A DNA stretch of 64,000 bases, taken from positions 14,991 through 78,990 of the forward strand of contig CBDCME010000027.1 in assembly GCA_965218865.1 (NCBI GenBank). Reading direction: 5' to 3'. The position numbers were made by a program, and so were the translations under genes. Under the pieces are notes generated by a model that saw only the letters and a program-made list of their open reading frames with translations, did no database searches and was not told where the DNA came from. The stretch is from Alphaproteobacteria bacterium. Its GTDB lineage: Bacteria; Pseudomonadota; Alphaproteobacteria; JAAXGF01. Positions 63,876-64,000 of the stretch are shown here, piece by piece. Position 1 is the stretch's first letter. Each line of letters starts with the position of its first letter.

Positions 63876-63940
63876 AGGCGACGGGGCCCGCCGCAAGACG
63901 CGGAAGCGCCGCAGTCGTAAGCGGAGAAGGAGGTGATTGC
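63876..63940. repeat. right copy of the ~55-bp direct repeat pair; see 60417-60478
   Basis: It sits directly outside the right RAYT-bracketing inverted repeat. Confidence 0.45.
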
Positions 63941-64000
63941 TACGAAACCCACCGTTGCTGTAACTTCACTAATCCGGTTTAGCGAACGGGGAAGTCCGGT

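Noticed and set aside
63370-63936. 188-aa plus-strand ORF ending in an Arg/Lys-rich tail (RRKTRKRRSRKRRRR*), with a similar tail frame at 60407-60472
   Set aside because: The body is antisense to the RAYT gene. The similarity of the two tails is explained by the ~55-bp direct DNA repeats, not by homologous protein C-termini. No start codon precedes the 60.4-kb copy.

Overview
This is a GC-rich window (about 65% GC) with gene content typical of an alphaproteobacterial chromosome. It consists of a conserved housekeeping core interrupted by three accessory, IS-rich patches.

The core holds gcdH, a sorAB-like sulfite dehydrogenase pair, nnr, tRNA-Leu, tig-clpP-clpX-lon-hupB, tRNA-Val and tRNA-Asp, and a complete 14-gene nuoA-N operon. 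It continues with birA-coaX-rnj-mce, then mltB-rlpA-dacC-tmk-holB-metG-tatD and an MBL hydrolase.

- **Patch 1 (about 4.35-9.7 kb).** An IS110-family element sits in a REP-like palindrome, and its transposase carries an in-frame TAG. It lies tail-to-tail with a second IS110-family element whose transposase is frameshifted and split by a nested IS1634-family insertion. An unoccupied copy of the target site lies at 9622-9648.
- **Patch 2 (about 41.5-51.1 kb).** It holds an HpnB-like glycosyltransferase, an orphan PhnW-like aminotransferase, a frameshifted Sel1 gene and an IS5-family element. It also holds a higBA toxin-antitoxin pair and an exported caspase (C14)-SH3b-FGE/SUMF1 fusion protein. 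The C-terminus of that fusion protein has the codon pattern of a DGR (diversity-generating retroelement) variable region (VR). A truncated Avd-like gene follows it directly, and a second decayed VR-like remnant lies 2.7 kb away. No reverse transcriptase (RT) or adenine-rich template repeat (TR) is present in the window.
- **Patch 3 (about 60.4-63.95 kb).** It contains a low-GC SAM-methyltransferase gene, a frameshifted IS630 element and a REP-associated tyrosine transposase (RAYT) bracketed by 24-bp inverted repeats. The segment is flanked by about 55-bp direct repeats.

No CRISPR arrays or rRNA genes were seen. The many long antisense ORFs in the provided six-frame track are GC-composition artefacts.
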